A stretch of 28,602 nt of DNA from a virus. Taxonomy: Duplodnaviria > Caudoviricetes. The stretch lies in IMG/VR virus record IMGVR_UViG_3300032001_000035, positions 1-28,602 of that record. The stretch is one strand, 5' to 3'. The notes beneath the pieces are model-generated. The model was not told the origin of the DNA. It did not search any database and was given only the letters and a program-made list of their open reading frames with translations. This document shows positions 1 to 8,337 of the stretch, piece after piece. Every line of letters starts with the position of its first letter. Positions within the stretch are counted from its first letter, which is position 1. Both the position numbers and the translations under genes were made by a program.

Positions 1-584
1 CCCAGGGCCAGCGCCCCGGCCGCCGCGCCGCCGCCGGCGGCGCCGCCCAGCGCAAACGGCACCAGCGCGGGGGTCAGCGCCGCCGCCGCCGCGATCAGCG
101 CGCCAATGCCGAACGGCCCCGCGGCGCCCAGGCCGCCGCCGCCGGCGGCCCCGCTCGCCCAGCCGCCCGTGCCCTGCCACCGCCCGCTGAGGAACTTCCC
201 GATGGCCCCCCCGGCGGCGCCGGCCATGCCGGAGACGCGGGAGAAGATGCCCCGGTGCTGGTTCACGTCGATGGTGACGTCGACTTCCTTGCCGTTCAGC
301 GCGTCCAGCTGCGCGTCCAGCTTCAGGATGTCCAGCTGCGCACGGTGCAGCCCCTCCACGGTGATCTTCGGGCTCGCGACCCGTGTTGACAGGCGGTCCA
401 GCTTCACCGCCCATTCGGCCAGATTCTTCGCCGCCGCCTTGTCGTTCAGGTCCACCGTCGGGGTGGCGACCTTCTTCGACAGGTCGCTTAGCTGCCGGTC
501 CAGCACATCCGCGGACAGGCCGACCTTCTTGAACACGCCGGAGGCGTCATCAACCGCGCGGACCAGGTATTCCAGGGTCGCCAC
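1..584 (-). CDS. Tape measure protein, N-terminal part (runs off the window edge)
   Basis: Not in the ORF track. GTG at 584 reads MATLEYLVRAVDDASGVFKKVG..., helical then Gly/Ala-rich hydrophobic; lies directly after the tail chaperone pair. Confidence 0.85.
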   Translation of the reverse strand, partial: MATLEYLVRAVDDASGVFKKVGLSADVLDRQLSDLSKKVATPTVDLNDKAAAKNLAEWAVKLDRLSTRVASPKITVEGLHRAQLDILKLDAQLDALNGKEVDVTIDVNQHRGIFSRVSGMAGAAGGAIGKFLSGRWQGTGGWASGAAGGGGLGAAGPFGIGALIAAAAALTPALVPFALGGAAGGGAAAGALAL

Positions 585-585
585 G

Positions 586-780
586 TCACAGCCCCCCGGA
601 CAGTTCGCGCATGCGCCGCGCCGGCACCTGTTCCTGTTCGCGGGCGGCCTTATGCCGCCCCCATGCGATCCACCCGGTCAGCTCGGCGCTGTCCATCTCC
701 GTCAGGAGACGGCCGACACTGCAGCCGAGCCGTTCGGCGAGGTCGTACTTGAACCGCTCCCAGTCGCTGCGGGAAAATCC
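586..780 (-). CDS. Tail assembly chaperone frameshift extension (T-like segment of G-T fusion)
   Basis: The -1 frame after GGATTTT (780-774) reads SRSDWERFKYDLAERLGCSVGRLLTEMDSAELTGWIAW..., the usual T-segment pattern; stops at 586, next to the tape measure start. Confidence 0.8.
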   Translation of the reverse strand, partial: GFSRSDWERFKYDLAERLGCSVGRLLTEMDSAELTGWIAWGRHKAAREQEQVPARRMRELSGGL

Positions 781-1133
781 CGCTCCCTGGCCGCGACGTC
801 TTCCTCGTCCAGCCCTGACAGCCGCGCCGCCACCTCGAACACGCGCACCAGCGCCGCCGCGGACTTCTCCCCCAGCGCGGCCACGTCGTCGTCGGCGAAC
901 AGGCGCCGGCCGTCGCCGTCGACGGCGCACTTGGCGACCAGTTTCGCCCGGGTGTTCCGCAAGTCCCGGCCGGCCTGCCCGCCGGCCTGGATCAGCATCG
1001 AGGACTCGAAGTCGTCCCGTTCCCGGCCGGTCATGCCGCGCACCAGCACCGACCCGCCCCATTCGGGGACTTCCACCTCTTCGGTCCTGGTGTCCTCGGC
1101 GGCGAGGATCGCTTCTTTGCTCAGGCGCATCAT
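702..1133 (-). CDS. Tail assembly chaperone (G-like)
   Basis: LSKEAILAAEDTRTEEVEVPEWGGSVLVRGMTGRERDDFE is a typical chaperone N-terminus; lies between tail tube genes and tape measure. Confidence 0.9.
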   Translation of the reverse strand: MMRLSKEAILAAEDTRTEEVEVPEWGGSVLVRGMTGRERDDFESSMLIQAGGQAGRDLRNTRAKLVAKCAVDGDGRRLFADDDVAALGEKSAAALVRVFEVAARLSGLDEEDVAARERDFPAATGSGSSTTSPNGSAAVSAVS

Positions 1134-1211
1134 CGGTCTCCTGCGTCACGTGGGGGTGGACGCCTGCCGGGCGCACGGCTACCGTGCAGGCGTAAGGGGA
1201 AGGGGATCACC

Positions 1212-1514
1212 ATGGGAGCGCTGGCCGCGGCAGGCACCGGGCCCGGGGGAACCGCCGGGGCCTTCGTGATCACGATCGCCGGGATTGCCCTCTACTGGCT
1301 GCCGTCGCTCATCGCCTGGCGGCGGCGCGTGCCCGGTCTCGGGCAGGTCGTGATCGTGAATGTTTTCGCGTTCTTCTTCCTGATCCCGTGGATCATCGCC
1401 CTGGTGATGGCGTTCCGGCCGCCGGTCAGCCGGACAGCTGCCGGGTCACATCCTCCAGCGCCCCGCGCAGGGAATCCCCCGCCGCCCGCCCCAGGGGCTC
1501 GGCAGCGCGGCTGA
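1212..1514 (+). CDS. Superinfection immunity (T4 Imm-like) membrane protein
   Basis: LYWLPSLIAWRR...VVIVNVFAFFFLIPWIIALVMA matches the Imm_superinfect pattern; purine-rich RBS (GGAAGGGG) before ATG; opposite strand to the tail genes. Confidence 0.75.
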   Translation: MGALAAAGTGPGGTAGAFVITIAGIALYWLPSLIAWRRRVPGLGQVVIVNVFAFFFLIPWIIALVMAFRPPVSRTAAGSHPPAPRAGNPPPPAPGARQRG

Positions 1515-1947
1515 AATACGGGTGCGCCTCCTGCGTCACCCATGCGTCCCGGTTCCCGTACACCGGGTGACGCCACCGCGTGTACCCCCGCCGGGACGGC
1601 CCCGCGGCCACGCCGTCCATGTACAGGGGCAGTGTCCGGTAGTCCGGTTCCATCCGCCGGGTGTCCATCCACACGGAAACACCGGCCTCGCGGCCGGTGG
1701 TCCAGGACGTCTGCGTGGCGCACTGGGCGATCCGGGCCCGCAGGCCGGTGTGCTTGCCGTCTTCCTTCACCGGGATCGCCAGCGCCGACGCCCGTACCCG
1801 CATCGGGTACGGCCTGGCGGCGTCTTCCAGTGCCTTCTTGAAGATGCCGGTGACCTTCGCGGCGTCCATGTTCCGCAGTTCCCGGCCGATGGTGCGCAGG
1901 TTCGCGCCGCGGGAGCCGAGATCCATCTCGATCCGCGCCCTGGCCAT
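1426..1947 (-). CDS. Neck/tail completion protein (HK97 gp10-like)
   Basis: True start ATG 1947 overlaps the tail tube stop (TAATG). Basic 173 aa protein ending WRHPVYGNRDAWVTQEAHPYFSRA. Confidence 0.7.
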   Translation of the reverse strand: MARARIEMDLGSRGANLRTIGRELRNMDAAKVTGIFKKALEDAARPYPMRVRASALAIPVKEDGKHTGLRARIAQCATQTSWTTGREAGVSVWMDTRRMEPDYRTLPLYMDGVAAGPSRRGYTRWRHPVYGNRDAWVTQEAHPYFSRAAEPLGRAAGDSLRGALEDVTRQLSG

Positions 1948-2426
1948 TAGGGGATCGTCACGTTCTCCGCGGGGTTCTTCGTCACCGCGAACTGGAGCTG
2001 GATCACCGACGGGGTGGTGAGCACCGTCGGCTTGCCCTGCGCGAGCACCTTCACCGGGAACACGTCCATCTTCCGCCCGGTCACGTCGCCCTCGGGGAAC
2101 TTGACGATGTACCCGACGGTGCCGCGGGGCAGCAGCGTCCGCACATCGGTGGAGGTGGCGTCGGCGTACATGTCGATCGTCGGCGTGTCCACCGTCGTCT
2201 TCCCGCTGATCTGCGGGGTGAACAGGGTGGCCAGGTCCGCGGCGTCCAGCGACGCGGTGATGATCGCCCAGGTGCCGGTGCCGCCGATTTCCGGGGTGAG
2301 GTCGGTGCCCGCGTTCAGCTCCGCCCGGGTGGGTGAGTTGTAGTTCGCGATGGCAGCGACGAAGTAGAAATGCGTGTTGCCTTCGGGGATGTACCTGCTG
2401 GAGGCACTGATCGGCGGCGCGGCCAT
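1947..2426 (-). CDS. Major tail (tube) protein
   Basis: SPTRAELNAGTDLTPEI...GTVGYIV...GRKMDVFPV resembles actinophage tail tube proteins; position fits. Confidence 0.85.
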   Translation of the reverse strand: MAAPPISASSRYIPEGNTHFYFVAAIANYNSPTRAELNAGTDLTPEIGGTGTWAIITASLDAADLATLFTPQISGKTTVDTPTIDMYADATSTDVRTLLPRGTVGYIVKFPEGDVTGRKMDVFPVKVLAQGKPTVLTTPSVIQLQFAVTKNPAENVTIP

Positions 2427-2429
2427 CTG

Positions 2430-2618
2430 CTACTCCTCGTTTTTCGCTGTCTTGGCCGCTTTCGCGGGCGGCTGTTCCCGTTCGGCGATCCGGGCCCGGT
2501 GCTCGGCCAGCTCGGCGTGGGTCATCCACCCGGACTGCCGGTAGTGCGTGTCGTACGCCTCGAACGGCACGACGATCTCCGCGCCGGTTTCCGGGTGGGT
2601 GATGGCGACGCTGCCCAT
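2430..2618 (-). CDS. Small hypothetical virion-module protein (62 aa)
   Basis: ATG 2618 overlaps the upstream stop (TGATG); MGSVAITHPETGAEIVVP...HYRQSGW. Confidence 0.65.
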   Translation of the reverse strand: MGSVAITHPETGAEIVVPFEAYDTHYRQSGWMTHAELAEHRARIAEREQPPAKAAKTAKNEE

Positions 2619-2956
2619 CACGACACCGACGCCGCGAACACGTACACCGACACGGTGGCCGTCGCCGAGTAGGTGATGGCCACCGTCCCGGTCCCGTACA
2701 CCGACGCGGGGATCGGGATGGGCACGAACACCGGCGCGGCGAGGGTGGATGCGGCGACGGCGATCACCCGGGAGGTGACTGTCAGGTTGCCGTCCACGTT
2801 CGGGATCGGGAGGGTCACGTTGATCGACGACGCGGACCCGTTGAATACCATCAGGTAATTCGCCGGGCCGGTCGGCGCCAGGTCCCCGGTCACGGGGGTG
2901 ACCGTGGTGAGCTGCACCGACTGGTGCACCGGGGTTTGCACGGCGTACGTTGCCAT
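2618..2956 (-). CDS. Putative beta-rich virion structural/decoration protein
   Basis: 112 aa, Thr/Val-rich beta strands (YLMVFNGSASSINVTL...VAITYSATATVSV); RBS AAGGGAG; resembles a family often found before actinophage tail tube genes. Confidence 0.65.
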   Translation of the reverse strand: MATYAVQTPVHQSVQLTTVTPVTGDLAPTGPANYLMVFNGSASSINVTLPIPNVDGNLTVTSRVIAVAASTLAAPVFVPIPIPASVYGTGTVAITYSATATVSVYVFAASVS

Positions 2957-2968
2957 CGGACTCCCTTG

Positions 2969-3439
2969 CTACGTGAAGGACCTGAACTGGACGGCGAACC
3001 GGACCCGGGCGAACGCGCCGGCCTCGGTGGTGTTCTGGATCAGCTCCGCGCCGGTGACGCCCGGGTAGGCGGTGCTGCCGCCGCCGAACCCGGTGGCGTC
3101 GCCGCGGACGGCGGCCTCGGCGGCGGCGAGGATCGCGAACGCGGCGTGCCGCACGGCCGGCAGGTCGTCGGTGCCCGCCCATGCTTCCGCGACGCACGCG
3201 ATCGAGGACGTCTCCCCGCGGGTCGCGGACCCAAGGTCTTCGCGGGCCTGCTGGAACGTGGCCGCGCTGTCGGGGGCGGTGGAGTCGGGGTCGGTGAGGC
3301 CCACCCACAGGATGTTTTTCGCCTGCAGGGCGTTCGGCACCGGCCCGTCGTACACGGTGAACGGGGTGGCGGCGGTATTCCCGGCGGCGGTGAACAGGGT
3401 CACCAGGTAGTCGATGAGCCCCGGCACCTTAGACGGCAT
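2969..3439 (-). CDS. Tail terminator/tail completion protein
   Basis: 156 aa with FTVYDGP and C-terminal ARVRFAVQFRS strand; follows the connector gene. Confidence 0.65.
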   Translation of the reverse strand: MPSKVPGLIDYLVTLFTAAGNTAATPFTVYDGPVPNALQAKNILWVGLTDPDSTAPDSAATFQQAREDLGSATRGETSSIACVAEAWAGTDDLPAVRHAAFAILAAAEAAVRGDATGFGGGSTAYPGVTGAELIQNTTEAGAFARVRFAVQFRSFT

Positions 3440-4329
3440 CAGACGTACACTTCCTGCCGCATCGGCATCCCGTTAAGCATCCCGTTCAGCAGTTCGGCGG
3501 CGCGGGACGGGATCGCGAACCCGAACCCGGCCGGCTGCACCATGTCCATGCCGCCCATCGACGGGCGCACCGCCGGGCCGTGCTGGGTGTCCCACAGGTG
3601 CTGCACGATGATCCGCGCCGCGAGATTGAACGCGGCCGGGACGCTGGTGCCCCACCCGGCGACGTAGGTGACGGTCATCGCCGGGAGCCACTGGAAGTAG
3701 GGGCCGTAGAACGGGTACCCGAGTTTGCGGCGGATCGTGCCCGCGTTCGGGTCGAGGTCCAGGCCGGCGGAGATGTCGATCGCCTGCCCCGACGCGACCG
3801 ACACGATCGACGTCACCGAGACGAGGGGCCGCTGCCGCACCTGCAGCACCGTGTACGTGCCGTCCAGCTCCGCGCGCTCGCTGATCGTCCGGTTGACCAG
3901 CGGGCCGCCGGTGAAACCCTCCAGGCTGGTTTCCACCGTGGCGATGAAGCTGAGAAGTTCCGCGTCGCTGCTGGTGTTCGACTGCGGAATGTTCAGCATG
4001 TCTTTGCAGTCCTGCAGCGGCAGCACGGCTGTCTCGAACGGGTCGAAGACGTCGAACTCGCCGAACGACACCCCGGCGGCGGTGCCGGCCGCGGTCCACG
4101 TGTACTGGTAGTGGCCGGTGCTCGCCAGGTCGCTGGCCGGGACGTCCTGGTGATAGTTCCCCGCCGAGTCGTTCACCGGGCTGGCGTAGGTGCCCGTCGT
4201 CAGCCAGGTGCCGTCCGCCTGCGACAGCTTCACCACCAGCGTCAGCGTGGTCGCGTTCACCAGCGCGCCGGTCACATCCCGGATCATGGTGCTCACCCGC
4301 ACCGGCTGGTTCAGCGGATAACGCGCCAC
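3439..4329 (-). CDS. Head-tail connector (gp6/gp15-like) with an extra N-terminal beta domain
   Basis: C-terminal part LPLQDCKDMLNI...DAELLSFIA...VTYVAGWG..VPAAFNLAARIIVQHLWDTQ is adaptor-like; the first ~95 aa are a separate Thr-rich beta domain. Confidence 0.8.
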   Translation of the reverse strand: MARYPLNQPVRVSTMIRDVTGALVNATTLTLVVKLSQADGTWLTTGTYASPVNDSAGNYHQDVPASDLASTGHYQYTWTAAGTAAGVSFGEFDVFDPFETAVLPLQDCKDMLNIPQSNTSSDAELLSFIATVETSLEGFTGGPLVNRTISERAELDGTYTVLQVRQRPLVSVTSIVSVASGQAIDISAGLDLDPNAGTIRRKLGYPFYGPYFQWLPAMTVTYVAGWGTSVPAAFNLAARIIVQHLWDTQHGPAVRPSMGGMDMVQPAGFGFAIPSRAAELLNGMLNGMPMRQEVYV

Positions 4330-4356
4330 GTCACACCCTCCCTGGCTCCGGGCGGG

Positions 4357-5814
4357 TCACTGCGGGATGACCTGGAAATGGGGGGCGGTCGTCGCCCACG
4401 TGGCGATCAGTGAATGGCCAGCACCCACATAAACCAGCTGCCCCACGCTGAACGTCCCGTTGAACAGCGCCTGGCTGTCCATGGTCAGCGCGGTCATGCC
4501 GCCCACGGTGGTGATCACGAAGACGCAGTCATAGGGCAGCGCGGTGAACGTGTAGGGGCTCGTTCCCGCCGTCCAGTTCGCCGGCGCGACCGTCACATGG
4601 CGCCCCGCGCCGATGCTGTGCGGGTCAACCTCATTGCGGGTGATGACCGCCAGCCCGGTCTGCGCGCTGATGCTCGGCGTGCACGACTCACTGGACATCA
4701 CCGACGCCACGTCCGCCGACGGGACGGGAGACGCCTGATCCCACACCGGCATATCCAGGACCAGGGTGCCGGTGACGCCGTTGGCGTCGGCGAGCACATA
4801 GTGGGCGACGGCCTCGAAATGGACACCGCGGATCACCTGCTGCGTCCACGGCTGCCCGAACCCATAAGGGTAGAACGACAGGCCGTAAGTGGCGGAGAAG
4901 CAGTGCAGGTTGATGAACTGGCAGCCCAGATTCTGCTGGATGTCGATGCCGCGGTCGAAGGCGTCGATGCCGTTGCCGGTCTTCCCGCCGGAGATGTTGA
5001 CCGCGGTGACGTGCGACTGCGCGATCCGCACCCCCGTGTGGCCGCCATAGCCGCGCACGTTCCGCAGCAGCACGTCATCCTTGCCCGCGCCGGCGTCGAA
5101 GTCGGCGACGATGTACATGTTGGTGCCGATGCCCCCGGCGGCCGCGACCTCCAGCACGTTGACGTTGGCGACCTCGCCGCCGAGATGGCCGTTCAGGTCG
5201 AGGATGTCCGGCGCGGCCGTCGTCTGCGCCGACGCCGGGCCCGCGAGGCGGATGTCCATGTCCCGCAGGTAGAGCACCGTCGCCGGCTGAGCAAAGGAGT
5301 CCTGCGGGCACCTCACGACGCTCGCGGCCGTGTTCGACCCCACGATCGCTGTGCCGCCCAGGTCGGTGGTGGCGCTGGCGATGTTCTGGATCGGTATCCA
5401 GGAGGAAGCCCCGGTGCCCTGGAGGACGATCACCCCGGGAGGGATCGTGATCACAGCGGACGTCTGGAAGACCCCGGCGAGCAGCTGCACCCAGCCGCGC
5501 TGCCCCGATACGGAGTTGTTGCCGCCGTCGCGGATCGTGATGGCCGGGAGGGCGTTCAGCGCCTCCTGGATACCGCTGGTTGCCGTGCTGGCGGTGTCGG
5601 GGCCGTAGTCGGCGCCGTTGTTCGCCACGGCCGCGCCGCCCGCCAGCCCCACGGGGGAAACCGTGACAACGGGCACGCCGCCGCGCGCCTGCGCCAGCGT
5701 GATCTTCTTCGTCGTCCCCGTGGGAGCCATCGACGTGTCGTGCACATCGACGACCGGCAGCAGGTCATCGGTCCTCACCGACGTTATGGCAGTAAGTGCG
5801 GCGATTTTCGTCAC
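4357..5814 (-). CDS. Fibre/spike protein with pectin-lyase-like beta-helix
   Basis: N-terminal TKIAALTAIT..DDLLPVVDV...TTKKIT fibre-anchor-like motif; ATSGIQEALNAL...VQLLAGVF....ITIP..VIVLQGTG is a typical beta-helix cap; followed by repetitive beta strands. Confidence 0.7.
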   Translation of the reverse strand: MTKIAALTAITSVRTDDLLPVVDVHDTSMAPTGTTKKITLAQARGGVPVVTVSPVGLAGGAAVANNGADYGPDTASTATSGIQEALNALPAITIRDGGNNSVSGQRGWVQLLAGVFQTSAVITIPPGVIVLQGTGASSWIPIQNIASATTDLGGTAIVGSNTAASVVRCPQDSFAQPATVLYLRDMDIRLAGPASAQTTAAPDILDLNGHLGGEVANVNVLEVAAAGGIGTNMYIVADFDAGAGKDDVLLRNVRGYGGHTGVRIAQSHVTAVNISGGKTGNGIDAFDRGIDIQQNLGCQFINLHCFSATYGLSFYPYGFGQPWTQQVIRGVHFEAVAHYVLADANGVTGTLVLDMPVWDQASPVPSADVASVMSSESCTPSISAQTGLAVITRNEVDPHSIGAGRHVTVAPANWTAGTSPYTFTALPYDCVFVITTVGGMTALTMDSQALFNGTFSVGQLVYVGAGHSLIATWATTAPHFQVIPQ

Positions 5815-5951
5815 GCCAGCGCCCCGCCGCTCTCATCGGTGACCTGTGCCAATGATTCGGTTTGCAGCGGGAACGTCTCCTGGTCGCCCCCCGCCGCGTC
5901 CGCCGCCGCGAGAACAGCCAGCGCAGCGTCCGAGGCTGACAGGGCAGCCAT
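5811..5951 (-). CDS. Small 46 aa protein, probable fibre attachment peptide
   Basis: Below the ORF-track cutoff. ATG directly after the upstream TAG; stop overlaps the fibre start (GTGA). Reads MAALSASDAALAVLAAADAAGGDQETFPLQTESLAQVTDESGGALA. Confidence 0.6.
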   Translation of the reverse strand: MAALSASDAALAVLAAADAAGGDQETFPLQTESLAQVTDESGGALA

Positions 5952-6413
5952 CTACTCGGCCACCTTCACATAAACGTCATAAGTCACGGCCGAGCCGGAC
6001 AGCTGCCAGATCACCACCTGGTTCACCGTGGCGCCGGACCACAGCTGCCACTCCCCCGGCGCCCACGTCCAGATCAGCCCCGCCCCCGCCACCGCCTGCA
6101 GCTCGGCGCGGCGGTAGAAGTTCGCCGGCGCCGTCGCCGGGGTGGTGTGCACGGTCACCAGGAGGGTGTGCCCGGCGGGGTCGGTCTGGTTCAGCGCCTG
6201 CACCGTCTCGCTGGTGGTCGCCGTCACCCCGGCGGCGGCGGGGATGCCGATGCCGATCTCCGCCGCGGCGCCGGACTGGTTGAAGACGCCGATCTCCCGG
6301 ATCTCGGGCATGTTGATCCCGGCGCCCAGCGTCCCCGGGACGATCACCGCGATCGGCGCCGCCGCCGTCGACGTGGTCTTCTGCAGGCTCGCCTCGTAAA
6401 TGTTCTCCGCCAC
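5952..6413 (-). CDS. Hypothetical beta-sandwich virion protein
   Basis: 153 aa, alternating beta-strand pattern; RBS GAGAGG; tight gene packing. Confidence 0.7.
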   Translation of the reverse strand: MAENIYEASLQKTTSTAAAPIAVIVPGTLGAGINMPEIREIGVFNQSGAAAEIGIGIPAAAGVTATTSETVQALNQTDPAGHTLLVTVHTTPATAPANFYRRAELQAVAGAGLIWTWAPGEWQLWSGATVNQVVIWQLSGSAVTYDVYVKVAE

Positions 6414-6423
6414 CGGCGTCCTC

Positions 6424-7068
6424 TCAGATCAGCATCGTCGTCTTCATGTGCCCGGCGCGGACGCCGGTGTGCACGTGCACGGGTATCCCGGCCGCGCCGA
6501 GGCGCAGGCAGAACGTCAGGTCCTCCCCCACCAGCGCCGCCCCCAGCGGGGACTCGCGGAACCACGGCGCCGCCGGGTCCCCGGCGTGCTTCTCCACCGC
6601 CTCCAGGGCGGTGCGGTGGGCCAGCAGCGCCGCCGCGCCGGTGGCGGTCACCCGGACCACCGCGCCGTCCCGCCACTTGGCGTACCGGACGAACGCCAGC
6701 TGCCCGCCGCCGTCGGCCAGCTCATACATCGTCGGGTACGGTTCCCCGGCCGGGTCGTCGGTGTTCTGCGAGTAGCACAGGGCGCCGATCACCGGCCGGG
6801 TCACCGGGTCCGCCGCTTTCAGCAGGCGGCCGATCAGCCCCGCATCGAACACCATGTCGGTGTCGCACATGAACAGCCACGGCGCGCCCGTCTCCAGGAA
6901 CTTCCGGGCGACCATGTTCCGGCCGTGGGAGATGTTCGGCCCCGACCCGACGGCCAGCACCGAGTCCACCGGCACCGGGCCTTCCATGCACGCGGCCAGC
7001 AGCGACGCGCAGAACTCCGCCCGCACCGTCCCGCCGTGCACGTACCCGATCACGCAGTGGTCAGCCAC
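6424..7068 (-). CDS. GT-A fold (GT2-like) glycosyltransferase
   Basis: ISHGRN, WLFMCDTD (DxD), ATGAAALLAHR, GEDLTFC and C-terminal GH motifs. Confidence 0.85.
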   Translation of the reverse strand: MADHCVIGYVHGGTVRAEFCASLLAACMEGPVPVDSVLAVGSGPNISHGRNMVARKFLETGAPWLFMCDTDMVFDAGLIGRLLKAADPVTRPVIGALCYSQNTDDPAGEPYPTMYELADGGGQLAFVRYAKWRDGAVVRVTATGAAALLAHRTALEAVEKHAGDPAAPWFRESPLGAALVGEDLTFCLRLGAAGIPVHVHTGVRAGHMKTTMLI

Positions 7069-7336
7069 GGCCGGGCCGCTCTCCCAGGTAGAGGTGGTAC
7101 CGCCGGGTGATGGTGTCTTTCTGCGGCGGCCCCGGGTGGTGCCGGTGGCAGGCCATCCACGCGGTGCCCTCCACCGGGAACCGGCCCACCCGCCAGCACC
7201 CCGGCTGGTGGCAGTTGTGCCGCCGGGCGTTGACCCACGCGTTGTAGATCAGGCCGCCGCCGATGACCAGGACGCCGAACAGCCCCGAGAAAAAGTTGTA
7301 CCAGGGGCCGCCGTCGAGGCCGAGGACCCGCCACAC
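7061..7336 (-). CDS. Small membrane protein with Cys/His-rich C-terminus
   Basis: One hydrophobic helix (FFSGLFGVLVIGGGLIY) then HNCHQPGC...CHRHHP. Confidence 0.65.
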   Translation of the reverse strand: MWRVLGLDGGPWYNFFSGLFGVLVIGGGLIYNAWVNARRHNCHQPGCWRVGRFPVEGTAWMACHRHHPGPPQKDTITRRYHLYLGERPGRG

Positions 7337-7339
7337 CGG

Positions 7340-7804
7340 TCAGGACGTGCCGTACTTCTGCAGGCCCTCCTGCACCGTGGACGTGGCCGACGGGTAGGTG
7401 CCCATCTGCCCCTGCGCCGGGGTTTCCAGGATCACGTCGGCCTGCACGTCGTTCGGCCACCGGACCGCCGACTCCCCCGACCAGCCGGTGAGAATGTCAT
7501 ACCCGGACAGGCCACCGCCGGAGTCGAACCCGGCTGGGGAGGTCAGCAGCTTCTCCGCCTCGGCCTGCCGCGGGCTCTGCGGGTACAGCACCCCCGCCCC
7601 GGTGGCGGCCACCGCGTCGTTGAACGACGACTGCACCTCAGCCTGGATGCCGCCGAGGTCGGCCTGGATGTCGTACGGCGCGGGGCCCCGGCCGCGCGGG
7701 GTCACCATCCCGTACCCGGCCGGGTCGCCGGGACTGGCCGCAGGGGTAACCGGGTCCGGGACGGACATCGGGTCCAGTGACTGGTAGGCCGGGTTGCCGC
7801 TCAT
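7340..7804 (-). CDS. Hypothetical acidic Pro/Gly-rich protein (154 aa)
   Basis: Start ATG 7804 overlaps the upstream stop (ATGA), RBS AAGGAG; MSGNPAYQSLDPMSVPDP... Confidence 0.7.
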   Translation of the reverse strand: MSGNPAYQSLDPMSVPDPVTPAASPGDPAGYGMVTPRGRGPAPYDIQADLGGIQAEVQSSFNDAVAATGAGVLYPQSPRQAEAEKLLTSPAGFDSGGGLSGYDILTGWSGESAVRWPNDVQADVILETPAQGQMGTYPSATSTVQEGLQKYGTS

Positions 7805-8337
7805 TGCGCTTCTCCTTGGTAGCCGGGCGCGCCCTGCGTGCCGCCGTACTCCCGCGTCGGGTCGTAGAACGCCGCCGTCGGCAGCGTGTTCCCCACCCCG
7901 GCGCCCGGGTCGAGCGGCGACGGGGGAAAGATCATCAGGTCGCCGTACACGATCCCCTGCGGGGCGATGTCCCGCTCGTAGGCGTGCCACCGGGCGGTCG
8001 CGTTCGCCACCGCCCCGGCGACATCCCCGGCGACGTCGTCGCTGCTCGGTCCCACTTTGGGGCCGAGGTCAATCGGCACCACCGGCCCCGGGTAGTACGG
8101 GGCGTCCGCCAGGCCCGCGGCGATGTCATGCGCCGCCGCCGACTCCACGACCGTGGGCCCGGACACGCCGGCCATCACCGCCCCGGCCGCGTCGCCCAGC
8201 GGCCCCAGGTCCGCCGCGTAGTCCGGCGGTTCCGGGGACTGGTCCGCGCCCGCGTAGGGAACCGGGGCGCTGCCCGCATTGGACGCCTGCGGCTGCTGCG
8301 GGGAATCGGCGGGTGAACCGTGAACGTCAGCCATCAT
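7801..8337 (-). CDS. Hypothetical acidic Pro/Ala-rich protein (178 aa)
   Basis: Start ATG 8337 overlaps the upstream stop (ATGA); low-complexity MMADVHGSPADSPQQP... Confidence 0.7.
   Translation of the reverse strand: MMADVHGSPADSPQQPQASNAGSAPVPYAGADQSPEPPDYAADLGPLGDAAGAVMAGVSGPTVVESAAAHDIAAGLADAPYYPGPVVPIDLGPKVGPSSDDVAGDVAGAVANATARWHAYERDIAPQGIVYGDLMIFPPSPLDPGAGVGNTLPTAAFYDPTREYGGTQGAPGYQGEAQ

Noticed and set aside
106-1269. 387 aa + strand ORF and many other long Arg/Pro/Gly-rich ORFs in the track (e.g. 4414-5973, 9554-11245, 12389-13930, 15471-16571)
   Set aside because: Antisense or off-frame shadows of clear minus-strand phage genes; expected in high-GC DNA with few stop codons.
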